A DNA stretch of 64,000 bases from Candidatus Latescibacterota bacterium (GTDB taxonomy: Bacteria; Latescibacterota; UBA2968; UBA8231). Shown here in pieces: positions 39,139 to 48,770 of this stretch. The stretch lies in contig CBDETK010000013.1 of NCBI GenBank assembly GCA_965242865.1, forward strand, positions 32,001 to 96,000. Direction: 5' to 3'. The notes beneath the pieces are model-generated. The model saw only the letters and a program-made list of their open reading frames with translations. It had not been told where the DNA came from and made no database searches. Each line of letters starts with the position of its first letter. The stretch's first letter is position 1. The translations under genes were made by a program, and so were the position numbers.

Positions 39139-40380
39139 TCAGACCGTGGCTGGGTTGCGCCAAGGTAGGAACGCCAACAGACGCTCGCGGCAGGCCCGCA
39201 CCTTTCCATCTTCACATACCACAAGCCCTAGATCGATTAGAGCCTTGATGTCGCGATGCAGCGTGCGGCTCGTGACGGTTGCATAAGCGCGGCCTAAATC
39301 GGCATCTAGGGTGGGAATAGCGGCGATGCGGACGGGTGCCTCCGTGCGAGATAGGCTCAACGCCAGCGTCCGTTGGCGGCTTGCCGCTAGGGTCTGAGTA
39401 AGGCCCAATCTTCGCACAGGGCTCCGTTGGCGGCTCGCCGCAGAGCCTGAGACCGTGCGGAAGGTCTCGTGTACGTAGTTGACCCATGCGACATCCCACT
39501 GATGCTCGCGAATCAGGTCGATTTGTTCGCCTAGGCCGTCCATCAAGCCCGCAACGGCATAACTGATGAAGCGCACGCCGCCGTCGTCTGTTTGGCGAGC
39601 GCGGTCTAACTGGCGGTAATATTCCGACTGCGTTTGGTTGTAGTGATTGCTCAATAGGTGGCAGGCTGGCTGCGGTAGGCCAGCACCAACTAGGATGTAA
39701 AACTCCAGCAATCGCGCCGTGCGGCCGTTGCCATCGCCAAAGGGATGGATCCAAGCCAGATAGAGGTGCGCGAAAATGGCCTTCAGGATCGCATAGGCGA
39801 TGGGGTTGTCCTCAGTGTGCGGAAATTGGTTCAACGTGTTGCACAGGCGATTTAGCAGGAAGGCGCAATCCCGATGCGGCGGGCATTTGTACCCCCCGAC
39901 GCCTACCTCTGTGGTGCGGATTTCCCCGAGCGCGACGTGGTCTTCAACTTCAAGTTCGTTTAGCACGGCTCGATTCATCTCTTTGATGATAGCGACCGTA
40001 ATTGGCTGGGTGTCGCTCTTGGCAATCTCTTTGGTCAGTGCGTTACAGGCATTGACGATGTTTTCGATTTCTTGGCCGAGGTACTCCCGCGATGGCGGCA
40101 GTCTGAACGAGCCTGCCAGCAACCCTGTGACCTCTTCTTCGGACAGCGTATTGCCCTCAATGGCCGTGGTGGCCAACGCGCCCTTTGCCAGATACAGCCG
40201 GTGAACGCTCTGCGCTACTTCAGGGGCCAACAGCGCATGGGCGATGTGAGCGCATTTTGCCGCTGCCGCGCCGAGCGCGACCCAAGTCTTGTGGTCTAAG
40301 CGCGATAGGTCGAGGGCGAAGGTGAGATGAGGATGCGACGCTTTGTATGGCCGATTGATTGTCATGAACTTTTTCATCAT
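39139..40380 (-). CDS. Fic family protein with C-terminal HTH
   Basis: Canonical HPFGDGNGRTAR Fic motif; TTAIEGN inhibitory-helix motif; C-terminal 'TSRTLHRDIKAL'. Confidence 0.92.
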   Translation of the reverse strand: MMKKFMTINRPYKASHPHLTFALDLSRLDHKTWVALGAAAAKCAHIAHALLAPEVAQSVHRLYLAKGALATTAIEGNTLSEEEVTGLLAGSFRLPPSREYLGQEIENIVNACNALTKEIAKSDTQPITVAIIKEMNRAVLNELEVEDHVALGEIRTTEVGVGGYKCPPHRDCAFLLNRLCNTLNQFPHTEDNPIAYAILKAIFAHLYLAWIHPFGDGNGRTARLLEFYILVGAGLPQPACHLLSNHYNQTQSEYYRQLDRARQTDDGGVRFISYAVAGLMDGLGEQIDLIREHQWDVAWVNYVHETFRTVSGSAASRQRSPVRRLGLTQTLAASRQRTLALSLSRTEAPVRIAAIPTLDADLGRAYATVTSRTLHRDIKALIDLGLVVCEDGKVRACRERLLAFLPWRNPATV

Positions 40381-40521
40381 AACCCCTTGTTATAAAAGAG
40401 GTGATGAATTTGTATCCAATGAATTGACGAAAAACATGTCATTGACTTTGACACAACGAATGACAAATTTTAGAGGCGGCGTAAAGATGCGTCAAGGTTG
40501 AATCATCAGCGAGGAGCGTAA

Positions 40522-43500
40522 ATGCGGTTTATTGAAAATGGTCCAGCGATTCCAGATGAGCTGCTCCACGCCCGCGATGAGGGCCGGGTGGTTTTCTTCT
40601 GTGGGGCCGGGGTCTCACAGGCCAAGGCAGGGCTGCCGGGCTTCTTTGGTTTGGCAGAAAAAGTTATGGAGGCACTCGGGGTTCAAGCGGATAGCCCAGC
40701 CCGGAAGCTACTTGAGGAAGCGCGTAACGTTGAGACCCGAACCGGTGTTGCCGGTGTAATCTCCGCAGACTGGATATTCGGTCTGCTTGAGCGCGAATTT
40801 TCTACGGACGTTATAGAAGCGGCGGTGGCTTCCGCGCTGCGGCCGGGTGATGAACCGGATTTGATGGCCCATAGCACAATCCTCGACCTCGCAACCACTA
40901 AGGACGGTTTGGTCCGCATCGTAACGACCAACTTTGATCGTCTGTTTGATGATTGTGACCGCGGCCTTTCGTCGTGGCAACGACCTCGCTTGCCTGATCC
41001 GTCGCGGCCAGAAGACATGGACGGCATTGTCCATCTTCACGGCAAGGCTACCTCTGACTATCGAGGGGCTGAAGGCGATGGATTTGTTCTGTCTAGTTCC
41101 CAATTTGGACGGGCGTATCTTTCGGAGGGGTGGGCGACTTCCTTCTTTCGAGAAATCATTGACAGGTACGTCGTTGTCTTCGTCGGCTACGCGGCAGACG
41201 ATCCTCCTGTTCACTATCTGTTAGAAGGACTAAACAAACAGATCAATGAACGGCAAGTCTATGCTTTTCAAGAGGGTGCTGCGGACGATGCGGCCTCTAA
41301 ATGGAACCACAGAGGAGTTAAGGCCATTTCCTATGCGAAAGACTCCGACCATACTGCGCTTTGGAACACGTTAGAGGCGTGGGCTCAGAGGGCGAGAGAT
41401 CCCGATAAATGGTATTCGGAGGTCATTGACAAAGCGAAGCAGGGTCCCCAAAGCCTTTTGCCGCATGAGCGCGGGCAAGTTGCCCACATCGTCTCGACAG
41501 TTGAGGGGGTCAGAAAATTTTCAGAGGAAGAAGAACCACCGCCGGCAGAGTGGCTATGTGTTTTTGACTCGCAAAGGCGTTATGCTAGACCGAGACGATT
41601 AGGTAGCTGGTTGGAGGAGGGACCATACGTCGATCCATTTGATCTGTACTGTATCGACTCGGACGTACCGCCAGACAACGCCGATCCTAGTGGAGGCTCA
41701 TCCGAACGCAAGGTTCCAACCAACGCTTGGGATGCCTTTAATCTGAACCGCATCGATAAAATCAACCTAAGCGATGACAATTTTCCGTCGATAACAGGTC
41801 GTTGGGCGTACAACGTGCCGCCCCTTCCTTCGCGGCTTCGCCAAATGGGTGCGTGGATAAGGGCTGTCGCTGGCGAACCGGCGGCGATTTGGTGGGCAGT
41901 ACGACAAAACCCTCTTCACCCCGAGATTCAAAGAGCAATACGTCGGGAGCTTACAAGTTCACAACAGCCCATAAATTCCACTGTTCGTGAGGCTTGGTGC
42001 TATCTGCTTGAATACTGGGAACAAGGTAGAGATGAACACGCCGATTTGGACGATTGGTATAAATTGAAAAGACGAATTTCAAAGGATGATTGGAGCAGAA
42101 GCGTCGTCCGTGCCTATGCTGCATGTTATCGTCCCTACTTGAAGGTGGAGCCACCCTGGGGTCATCCCAAGCCGCCCGGACAGGGAGACGAGATAGGTCT
42201 CAGCGATCTTATCGATTTGGATGTCGTGTATCCAGCAGATAACAGTGAAAGAATTCCCATCCCAGATGAATGGGTTGATCCTATTGTAGTAGTATTACGT
42301 AAGAATATCGAGACTGCACTCGAACTCGAGACCGAAATCGGTAGGGGCGGCCGTAGTCAGCCAAGCTCCATTGTTCCGGACAATAATACAGCCGACGACC
42401 GCCAACGCAGACTATCTGGAGCCGTCATTCATTTTATATCGGTCTTTGAGCGTCTCATACAGAACGACCTAGCGGCTGCAAGACGCGAGTTTTCAAAATG
42501 GTCTATTGAAGACGACACGATATTTGCAAGGCTGCGAATATGGACAGCAGGCAAACCTGACTTGGTGTCGGATGATCAGTTTGGTTCCGTACTTGCCGAT
42601 GTGAGCGATGAAGCCTTCTGGAATGGGAGCCATGAATGGGATTTATTGCATGCGCTGTCGGCCCGGTGGAATGGACTGAGTGCCGATACTCGCGTCGCGA
42701 TCGAAAAGCGGCTTCTGAAAGGACGTTCTCGCTGGCAAGGAGAGAAAGAAGAGGATTTTAAGAAACGACGTGATCGGTCAGTACTAGCTCGGATAACTTG
42801 GCTGTCTCGAAAAGGATGCAAATTGCATCTCAATCTCAAAGAAGAAACAGATCGGCTTCGGGAACTGGTTCCAGAATGGAAGCCGGAGTCAGAGGCAAGC
42901 GGTCTGAGCGGGATACGAGATGATTTTTTAGTCGAAGAGAACCCTTTCGCCGGATTATCGGCGGCCCGTCCTGTCAGAGCGTTTTCTGCTCTCAGGGTGG
43001 CGGCCGAGGAGGGGGATTTTCCAGATTGGGCGTGGGACGCCTTTCTGAATGCGGAGGAGCGAAAGACCGACAAGCCTAAATTTATGGCGTTGATCGCCGA
43101 GCGGTTGGCTCGTTATCTAGATAACGACAAGCCGGTACTCATCAGACCAGCAGCAAGATGGCTTGAGAACGTGAGTGCCCGTCTCTCCGACCACTATCCA
43201 GCAAGTTTTCGCCGAGTGACGAATGCGCTAATCCAAGCCCTAACAAGAGCCGCGGCAAGTGGTACTTCGGGAATCGGAAGGAACAATGGAGTGCGGAACT
43301 GGGTGATGACTGCATTTAACGCTCCGGCCGGACAGATTGCACAAGCTCTACGTCCTTATCATAAAACCGATCCCAGCGCGTTGTTCTGTTACGCAGATGA
43401 ACTGCTTGCTTTGCCGGGTGATTTGCGCCGACATGCATTGGCTATTTTCTCACAGTGGATAGCTTGGTTCTATGGGACCAATCGCGAGTGGTCAGAACAG

Positions 43501-44214
43501 AATCTACTTTCGGTTCTCGATTCCAGAGACCTTGAAGATAGGGCCGCTTTTTGGAGCGGGTTTTTCTATGTATCAGTAAGCCAAGAGCTATTCATGCGCT
43601 TAAAGCGATACTTACTCCAACTCGCAGGAGAAGAGAGCGAGACTCGCCGCATGCAAAGCCGAGGACTTTCAAGGCTTGTTTTATCTGGGTGGGGGAGCAT
43701 TATTGAAGGAACGAGTGATCGTTGTGTTTCCAACGAAGAATTCAGGGATGTGCTAGTGCAGGCGGATGACGAATTTCGATCTAATACGTTACGGCAGATG
43801 ACGAATCTGTCATGCAGTGAGGAACAAGAAACTAGAAACAAATGGACATCATTGTTGCCAAAATTCCTAAAAAATGTATGGCCTCTTCATAGAAAGACGA
43901 ACTCGCCGGCAGTGTCGGCGTCCTTGTGCGACTTAGTGTTCTCCAATGAAGAGCTATTCCCGGAGTTGGTAGAGATAATTCTTCCGCTTCTTACGAAGCT
44001 AGACGACCATGCTTGGCGATTGAATCGGACCCAAGACTGCGCCCAAAAACACCCCCGTCACACGCTGGACCTCTTGTATGCAGTGCTGCCGGACAACGTT
44101 TCAGGTTGGCCCCATGGCATCGGAGATGTATTTGCGTCGATAAGCGAAAGTGACCCTGCCCTAAAAACCGACGAGAAATTCCTCGAATTGAAACGACGGT
44201 GGGACTCCCGATAA
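40522..44214 (+). CDS. dsr1: SIR2-domain anti-phage sirtuin, Dsr1-like (SIR2 + DUF4020-like)
   Basis: MRFIENGPAIPDELL..RVVFFCGAGVS, TTNFD, HLHG, FVGYAADDPPV; 1230 aa; lower GC than host. Confidence 0.75.
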   Translation: MRFIENGPAIPDELLHARDEGRVVFFCGAGVSQAKAGLPGFFGLAEKVMEALGVQADSPARKLLEEARNVETRTGVAGVISADWIFGLLEREFSTDVIEAAVASALRPGDEPDLMAHSTILDLATTKDGLVRIVTTNFDRLFDDCDRGLSSWQRPRLPDPSRPEDMDGIVHLHGKATSDYRGAEGDGFVLSSSQFGRAYLSEGWATSFFREIIDRYVVVFVGYAADDPPVHYLLEGLNKQINERQVYAFQEGAADDAASKWNHRGVKAISYAKDSDHTALWNTLEAWAQRARDPDKWYSEVIDKAKQGPQSLLPHERGQVAHIVSTVEGVRKFSEEEEPPPAEWLCVFDSQRRYARPRRLGSWLEEGPYVDPFDLYCIDSDVPPDNADPSGGSSERKVPTNAWDAFNLNRIDKINLSDDNFPSITGRWAYNVPPLPSRLRQMGAWIRAVAGEPAAIWWAVRQNPLHPEIQRAIRRELTSSQQPINSTVREAWCYLLEYWEQGRDEHADLDDWYKLKRRISKDDWSRSVVRAYAACYRPYLKVEPPWGHPKPPGQGDEIGLSDLIDLDVVYPADNSERIPIPDEWVDPIVVVLRKNIETALELETEIGRGGRSQPSSIVPDNNTADDRQRRLSGAVIHFISVFERLIQNDLAAARREFSKWSIEDDTIFARLRIWTAGKPDLVSDDQFGSVLADVSDEAFWNGSHEWDLLHALSARWNGLSADTRVAIEKRLLKGRSRWQGEKEEDFKKRRDRSVLARITWLSRKGCKLHLNLKEETDRLRELVPEWKPESEASGLSGIRDDFLVEENPFAGLSAARPVRAFSALRVAAEEGDFPDWAWDAFLNAEERKTDKPKFMALIAERLARYLDNDKPVLIRPAARWLENVSARLSDHYPASFRRVTNALIQALTRAAASGTSGIGRNNGVRNWVMTAFNAPAGQIAQALRPYHKTDPSALFCYADELLALPGDLRRHALAIFSQWIAWFYGTNREWSEQNLLSVLDSRDLEDRAAFWSGFFYVSVSQELFMRLKRYLLQLAGEESETRRMQSRGLSRLVLSGWGSIIEGTSDRCVSNEEFRDVLVQADDEFRSNTLRQMTNLSCSEEQETRNKWTSLLPKFLKNVWPLHRKTNSPAVSASLCDLVFSNEELFPELVEIILPLLTKLDDHAWRLNRTQDCAQKHPRHTLDLLYAVLPDNVSGWPHGIGDVFASISESDPALKTDEKFLELKRRWDSR

Positions 44215-44583
44215 CTCAGAGAGCTTCATCGCTTCTTCACCGTCCGCCGCGGCTCCAAGTCGTGGCCATCTGGCCCTCGCTCGTTTGCCCCACGCCGAAT
44301 CCTCGAACTCGCGGTTGAGTTCGGTCTGCATTTCTTGGGGCTGCTTCTGTTCTATGCCACTGCCTTCGCGATCGAAAATGAGCAATCCATAGCGATACAG
44401 TTTCGATAAATTGGATAGGAGTTCAACGCCGTGTAGAGCACAGCCGGGATCGTGTTGCGGATGAACGGAAATGTTCACGTCAATTGCGCGAATGCCCAAT
44501 GCCTCGGGTCGCGTAAACAACCCAATCAGTGCCTGTTCTATATTGTGGTCAGCCGCGAGAACGACGAGGTCTTTCTCATTCAT
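44161..44583 (-). pseudogene. Truncated MAD4-like partner of the upstream AAA ATPase
   Basis: MNEKDLVVLAADHNIEQAL...HPQHDPG...IFDREGSG; similarity breaks at ~44272 (WGKRARA) and the frame then runs into the convergent SIR2 gene. Confidence 0.6.
44231..44250. repeat. 20-bp direct repeat (second copy at 49769-49788, 3' end of the methyltransferase gene)
   Basis: GCTTCTTCACCGTCCGCCGC is identical at both sites. Confidence 0.9.
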
Positions 44584-45827
44584 CCCAAAACCCCAGAGGC
44601 GAGTAGGGTGCCAAGGTCGGCTTGGCCTTGCCATTGCCGCAGCGTGGGGTGCTCGGTGCCGAGAACAATGTCGGTTGAGCCGTCGTCGTTTTTGGCAAAG
44701 CACAATACGTGATCCATACGGGCCGCACTCAGCACTACCGGCGAATGCGTCGCCAACAAGACCTGAGCCTCATACATTGAAGAGAGCGAATCATACACAG
44801 TGGCGACCGCCCGAGGATGTATCCCGTTCTCTGGCTCCTCTATTAGATAGATCCCGCGTAGATCGGCCAAATAGGCGGGCAGGGTGAGGGCTGTCAGCCG
44901 CAGCGTACCGTCGGAAACCATCCACGAAGGCACCTTTAGCCCGCCTTCATACTCGTAGATCATGTAGCAATGTCTGTCCTCTGGGCGCTCAAATGTCTCG
45001 ATGTTGACCAAGTCGGGCAGGGCCGTCCGCAAATGTGCAATCCAGTCTTGGTGTCGTTGGGGAGTTTTTTCTCGCAAATGAGAGACCACCCAAGGCAGGT
45101 TTGAACCATCCGGCAAAAACCCGGCTCCTCTCATTGGAGAACTGGGCCGCTTAATGGCATAACTATTCAGGACGAACTCTTGGACGCCTCCGGTCAGATA
45201 CTCTAGAAACCAGGTGGCAACGGGAAATCGCTCTATATCAGCGGGCAGGTTGCCAAAAGCCGATGTCTGCGGCCCTAACTTGAACGACGGCGACCAGCCT
45301 TTATCGGTCTCGCTGTAAAAGCTGTCGTTTCCGCCCGCCGTCTTGTTGATGACCACTTTGCTGTTTTTCCGCCTAATGCGCTCCAGCAATGAATTTGGGG
45401 CGTCGGCTAACACCGGGAATAAAGAGCGTTGGGGCATTGCAACGTCCGCGAATTTTTTTAGTAAAACCGTCTCGGATTTGAACTCGAATTGGCGGCGCGT
45501 TTCGTCAAAGCCAATTGCGACCTGATACCTCGCTGTGTCCAACGCTGGTTTTATGGTCAGAGGACGCAGGTCGTCGGGAATTCGCGCCTCCACCGCTATC
45601 TCTAGCCTATCGCCCTGACGCCGGAAGAGGAGGTCTTGGGGGTTCTGAGTGCGTTCTGAGATCGCCGCATCCAATCCTGCATCCAACAAATCACAAAGAA
45701 AACCAATAACGTCCAAAAAGGTTGTTTTGCCGGACGCATTCGGCCCGACGAGGACGTGAAAAGGGTGTAGTGGCCGATGCACGTACCGCAAACAGCGATA
45801 ATTCAAGGCTTCAACTCGCGTTATCAT
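44580..45827 (-). CDS. AAA_21/ABC-type ATPase, MAD3-like (defence-associated)
   Basis: Walker A GPNASGKT, signature VSDGTLR, Walker B LIEEPENGIHP, H-loop LATHS. Confidence 0.85.
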   Translation of the reverse strand: MITRVEALNYRCLRYVHRPLHPFHVLVGPNASGKTTFLDVIGFLCDLLDAGLDAAISERTQNPQDLLFRRQGDRLEIAVEARIPDDLRPLTIKPALDTARYQVAIGFDETRRQFEFKSETVLLKKFADVAMPQRSLFPVLADAPNSLLERIRRKNSKVVINKTAGGNDSFYSETDKGWSPSFKLGPQTSAFGNLPADIERFPVATWFLEYLTGGVQEFVLNSYAIKRPSSPMRGAGFLPDGSNLPWVVSHLREKTPQRHQDWIAHLRTALPDLVNIETFERPEDRHCYMIYEYEGGLKVPSWMVSDGTLRLTALTLPAYLADLRGIYLIEEPENGIHPRAVATVYDSLSSMYEAQVLLATHSPVVLSAARMDHVLCFAKNDDGSTDIVLGTEHPTLRQWQGQADLGTLLASGVLG

Positions 45828-45852
45828 TCGTCGGTTCCACCTGCGTTGTCAT

Positions 45853-45973
45853 TACAGCAGCAACCCCACGCCCAAGGCCATCATGGCGATGCTGAGGAGC
45901 TGAGCTTGGCTCAGGCCCCACAACACCCGCGGATTGACCCAAATGAACTCCACCACGAACGAACCGCGCCAGC
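45853..45973 (-). pseudogene. Duplicated 3' fragment of lgt (~120 bp)
   Basis: Nearly identical to 56181-56297 apart from a few substitutions and a 4-bp insertion. Ends in its own TAA after GVGLLL. Confidence 0.9.
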
Positions 45974-48765
45974 TAGTCGTCATGAACTTTCTCTTCTAAA
46001 TCATGCCACTGATTCCTGATCTCAGCAAATTCGTTTTCCGACTGGCAGATGGTTTCCCATTCTCTTATCACTTCGGGAATAGAGTTGCCTTGCTTAGTGT
46101 AGTATTTGGATAGTTGGTATGCCAGACGTGCAGCCTGCTGTCTAACCCACAGACTTTCAGGAATATCTTGGACTTCTGTGTCTATGGAGGTACTGCTGGC
46201 AATACGACGTAGGCGGGCGAGCGTCGATCTCTCAAGTTCATCAGAAAACGTCCAATCGAAACTTTTTACTAAACCAATGATTATATTAAGGGTAGATACA
46301 AGAGCTCTGTTATTTTGCCATCGCACCATCTCGCCCAACACATTAAAGAGTCGTGTAAGCTCTTTATTATCTGTCTCAGCATTGGTTCTTTTTATAAGAG
46401 TCCGAACAGATCTCAGGCTTTCTGCAACTGCTTTATGATCAGTATCAATCATTCCATCCTCTATTCTCCCAATAACCTCATCTTTCCACTCAGGAAAAAT
46501 ATCGAGGCAGGCAGCCTCCATACGCAGAGCAGGTAGGCCACGGTATCTAAATTCACCCACCAAGTGTTTCAACGTTTCTTTTTTGTTCTCGTCCTCGACT
46601 AGATGAAAATTTGGTAAAATTACAGCTTCAAATACCTCTATCAAGTGCTTGAGACGGCCTCTGAAGTCTTCCGCGATAGAGACATGAAATGGAGAAGGGA
46701 TATTATCCATTGCTAAGTATATCTTATCTGTGTTCCACCATTTAACAAGATGATCAAATATAAAACTGACATCGTCGCTAGACCATTCAACTTTCGCATT
46801 GACAGTCTCGATACAAAGTTGGTTCTTATCTATGGGGACGGAATCTTCGGTTTCACCTCCTTGAATGAGAGACCATTTGTGACGAATATATTTCTTAAAT
46901 AAGAAAATCTGATCAACTCCTTCAGGACAAGGCAGATCAAGAAAAGCATGTCGATAAAAGTCGGTTTGGGATGGCAGGCCATAGTCATCCAATTGACTCC
47001 ACAGAGTCTCAGCGAATTGACTCGTACGTCGAGGATCTAAAAAATTCCAAGAGTACAATCGGAAAAGTGTCCACATCGCCCATTTTCTAGCGTCTGTATT
47101 CTCCGATGATGCTCCCTTAAATAAAAAGTCAAGTTTTCCATCTGAGATCGCTGGCTTGACGTTTATTAGATCTTGTTCCATTTCAAGAAATAGAAATGGA
47201 TTTATAAATTCATGTTTGGCTATGCCAAGATCTGAAAGAATTGGAAAATCTAGTAATTTAGGAATTAAATCAAAGCGTTGATGAACCGAAAAAGCATCCA
47301 AAAGCCTCTTGGCGAGATTCCGAATACCACTGTAGTTACGTTTGTGATCTGATCGATAAGTATCGAGGAGAAAGTCAACAAGTTTCTCTTTTGCATCAGT
47401 TGAGCATTTGCAACACAGTCTCGATAAAATTTCTGGAACAACCTTTGCCAATACAATACCAAAATTGGAGCGGTAAATAGGATTTCCTGATTGTATGTCT
47501 AAATCCGCTCCCTCAAGGATATTCAAGTACTGTTTTATAAGACAGTCAATGGAAGTAGTCTCCATACGGTGTAGTAAAGCACGATTGAAGATATTACCGA
47601 CAATCTTTTCATCATCGATTCGTACCAAACAGACCATTGCCCAATACGACGAATACTCAGCAATACGGGGCAATGCTCTTACCGCAGTATTTTTTACCGT
47701 AGTGGCTCCAGATATTCTGAACGGTATGCCTGCATCTTCGCAAAAAAGAAAAAAATTATATCCAGTCAACACATCGTCATAATGCGAATCTCCGAAATTG
47801 TGTGTTCGTGTAACACGCCCTATGTCGAATTCCGTTTTTTCTTCGATTCCCGATTTTTTTGCTGACAGACGGTCAAGAGTACTTTCAAAAATTTTTAGTT
47901 CGTGCCACGGGTCACATTTATACTGCCTGAGTGTGTGCCAGCGTTTTGAAAGCTCATTGCGTAATTCTTCAAATTTTGACCATCCATCCGTATCGGAAGC
48001 TAATGACATTTGAGCATATTGGAGTAAGAACATGATGAACGATTCTTGTGAGACTAGAGAACAGTCTGTTGTGGTCGGCTTGATCTTGGCTCGGATTGTC
48101 ACTAGTGAGTTTTCAAGGATTCGCTTTGCTTCGTCCACCTGACCGATTTCTGCAAGTATGCTTGCTTTCTTAGCCTCCCAGAACGGCAAAGATTCATTAA
48201 CTTGCCATTCAGCAATTCTTTTTTTTAGTTCCTGTAAATTCAATCCGAATAGTTCAAAAAGCACACACTCGTAATGGAAACGCTCTTTATGCTCAGAGGA
48301 TAGATTTGGCATATCATCTTGAATCTTTTTGCATGAGTCTTTCCATTTTTCTATAAGTCCCTCTTCTCGATAGTACCGCATCATCGAAAGAAGCAGATAA
48401 TGACACATGTCCCTGACATCGTGTCTATCCAGTTCTCGTTCTTTCATTTCTTCTAGCGGCACGAGAAGTGATTCAACCGGTGTCTCTAAATCTGTAAAAG
48501 GCAGATACCGATGCAGAGTGGCCTCAAGAAATTCGACTTGATTGGCATGGATTGGACATAAGCATTTCTCCATACGCCAGTTCAATTCAAAAGCGAATTC
48601 GAGGTCAATAAAGTTGGGAAGATCATCTCTAGCAGGGAGATAAGAGAGCCATTGTTTGGTATATAGCCAGAGATGGGAACGACGCTCTTCGGGAACAATC
48701 ACCCATCCTGGATACGAAAGACGCTGCTTTTTCCACGTTTGGAGAAGATCGAAAATCTGTTTCAT
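45973..48765 (-). CDS. C-terminal helical part of a Dsr2-like SIR2 protein (split by frameshift)
   Basis: Begins with 'WKKQRLSYPGWVIVP', typical of the post-SIR2 region of these proteins; AT-rich; directly follows the SIR2 ORF in a shifted frame. Confidence 0.65.
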   Translation of the reverse strand: MKQIFDLLQTWKKQRLSYPGWVIVPEERRSHLWLYTKQWLSYLPARDDLPNFIDLEFAFELNWRMEKCLCPIHANQVEFLEATLHRYLPFTDLETPVESLLVPLEEMKERELDRHDVRDMCHYLLLSMMRYYREEGLIEKWKDSCKKIQDDMPNLSSEHKERFHYECVLFELFGLNLQELKKRIAEWQVNESLPFWEAKKASILAEIGQVDEAKRILENSLVTIRAKIKPTTTDCSLVSQESFIMFLLQYAQMSLASDTDGWSKFEELRNELSKRWHTLRQYKCDPWHELKIFESTLDRLSAKKSGIEEKTEFDIGRVTRTHNFGDSHYDDVLTGYNFFLFCEDAGIPFRISGATTVKNTAVRALPRIAEYSSYWAMVCLVRIDDEKIVGNIFNRALLHRMETTSIDCLIKQYLNILEGADLDIQSGNPIYRSNFGIVLAKVVPEILSRLCCKCSTDAKEKLVDFLLDTYRSDHKRNYSGIRNLAKRLLDAFSVHQRFDLIPKLLDFPILSDLGIAKHEFINPFLFLEMEQDLINVKPAISDGKLDFLFKGASSENTDARKWAMWTLFRLYSWNFLDPRRTSQFAETLWSQLDDYGLPSQTDFYRHAFLDLPCPEGVDQIFLFKKYIRHKWSLIQGGETEDSVPIDKNQLCIETVNAKVEWSSDDVSFIFDHLVKWWNTDKIYLAMDNIPSPFHVSIAEDFRGRLKHLIEVFEAVILPNFHLVEDENKKETLKHLVGEFRYRGLPALRMEAACLDIFPEWKDEVIGRIEDGMIDTDHKAVAESLRSVRTLIKRTNAETDNKELTRLFNVLGEMVRWQNNRALVSTLNIIIGLVKSFDWTFSDELERSTLARLRRIASSTSIDTEVQDIPESLWVRQQAARLAYQLSKYYTKQGNSIPEVIREWETICQSENEFAEIRNQWHDLEEKVHDD

Positions 48766-48770
48766 TTTAT

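Noticed and set aside
44161-45827. Complete MADS defence system
   Set aside because: Only a MAD3-like ATPase and a truncated MAD4-like gene are present. The nearby methyltransferase is MmeI-type and the other mad genes are absent.
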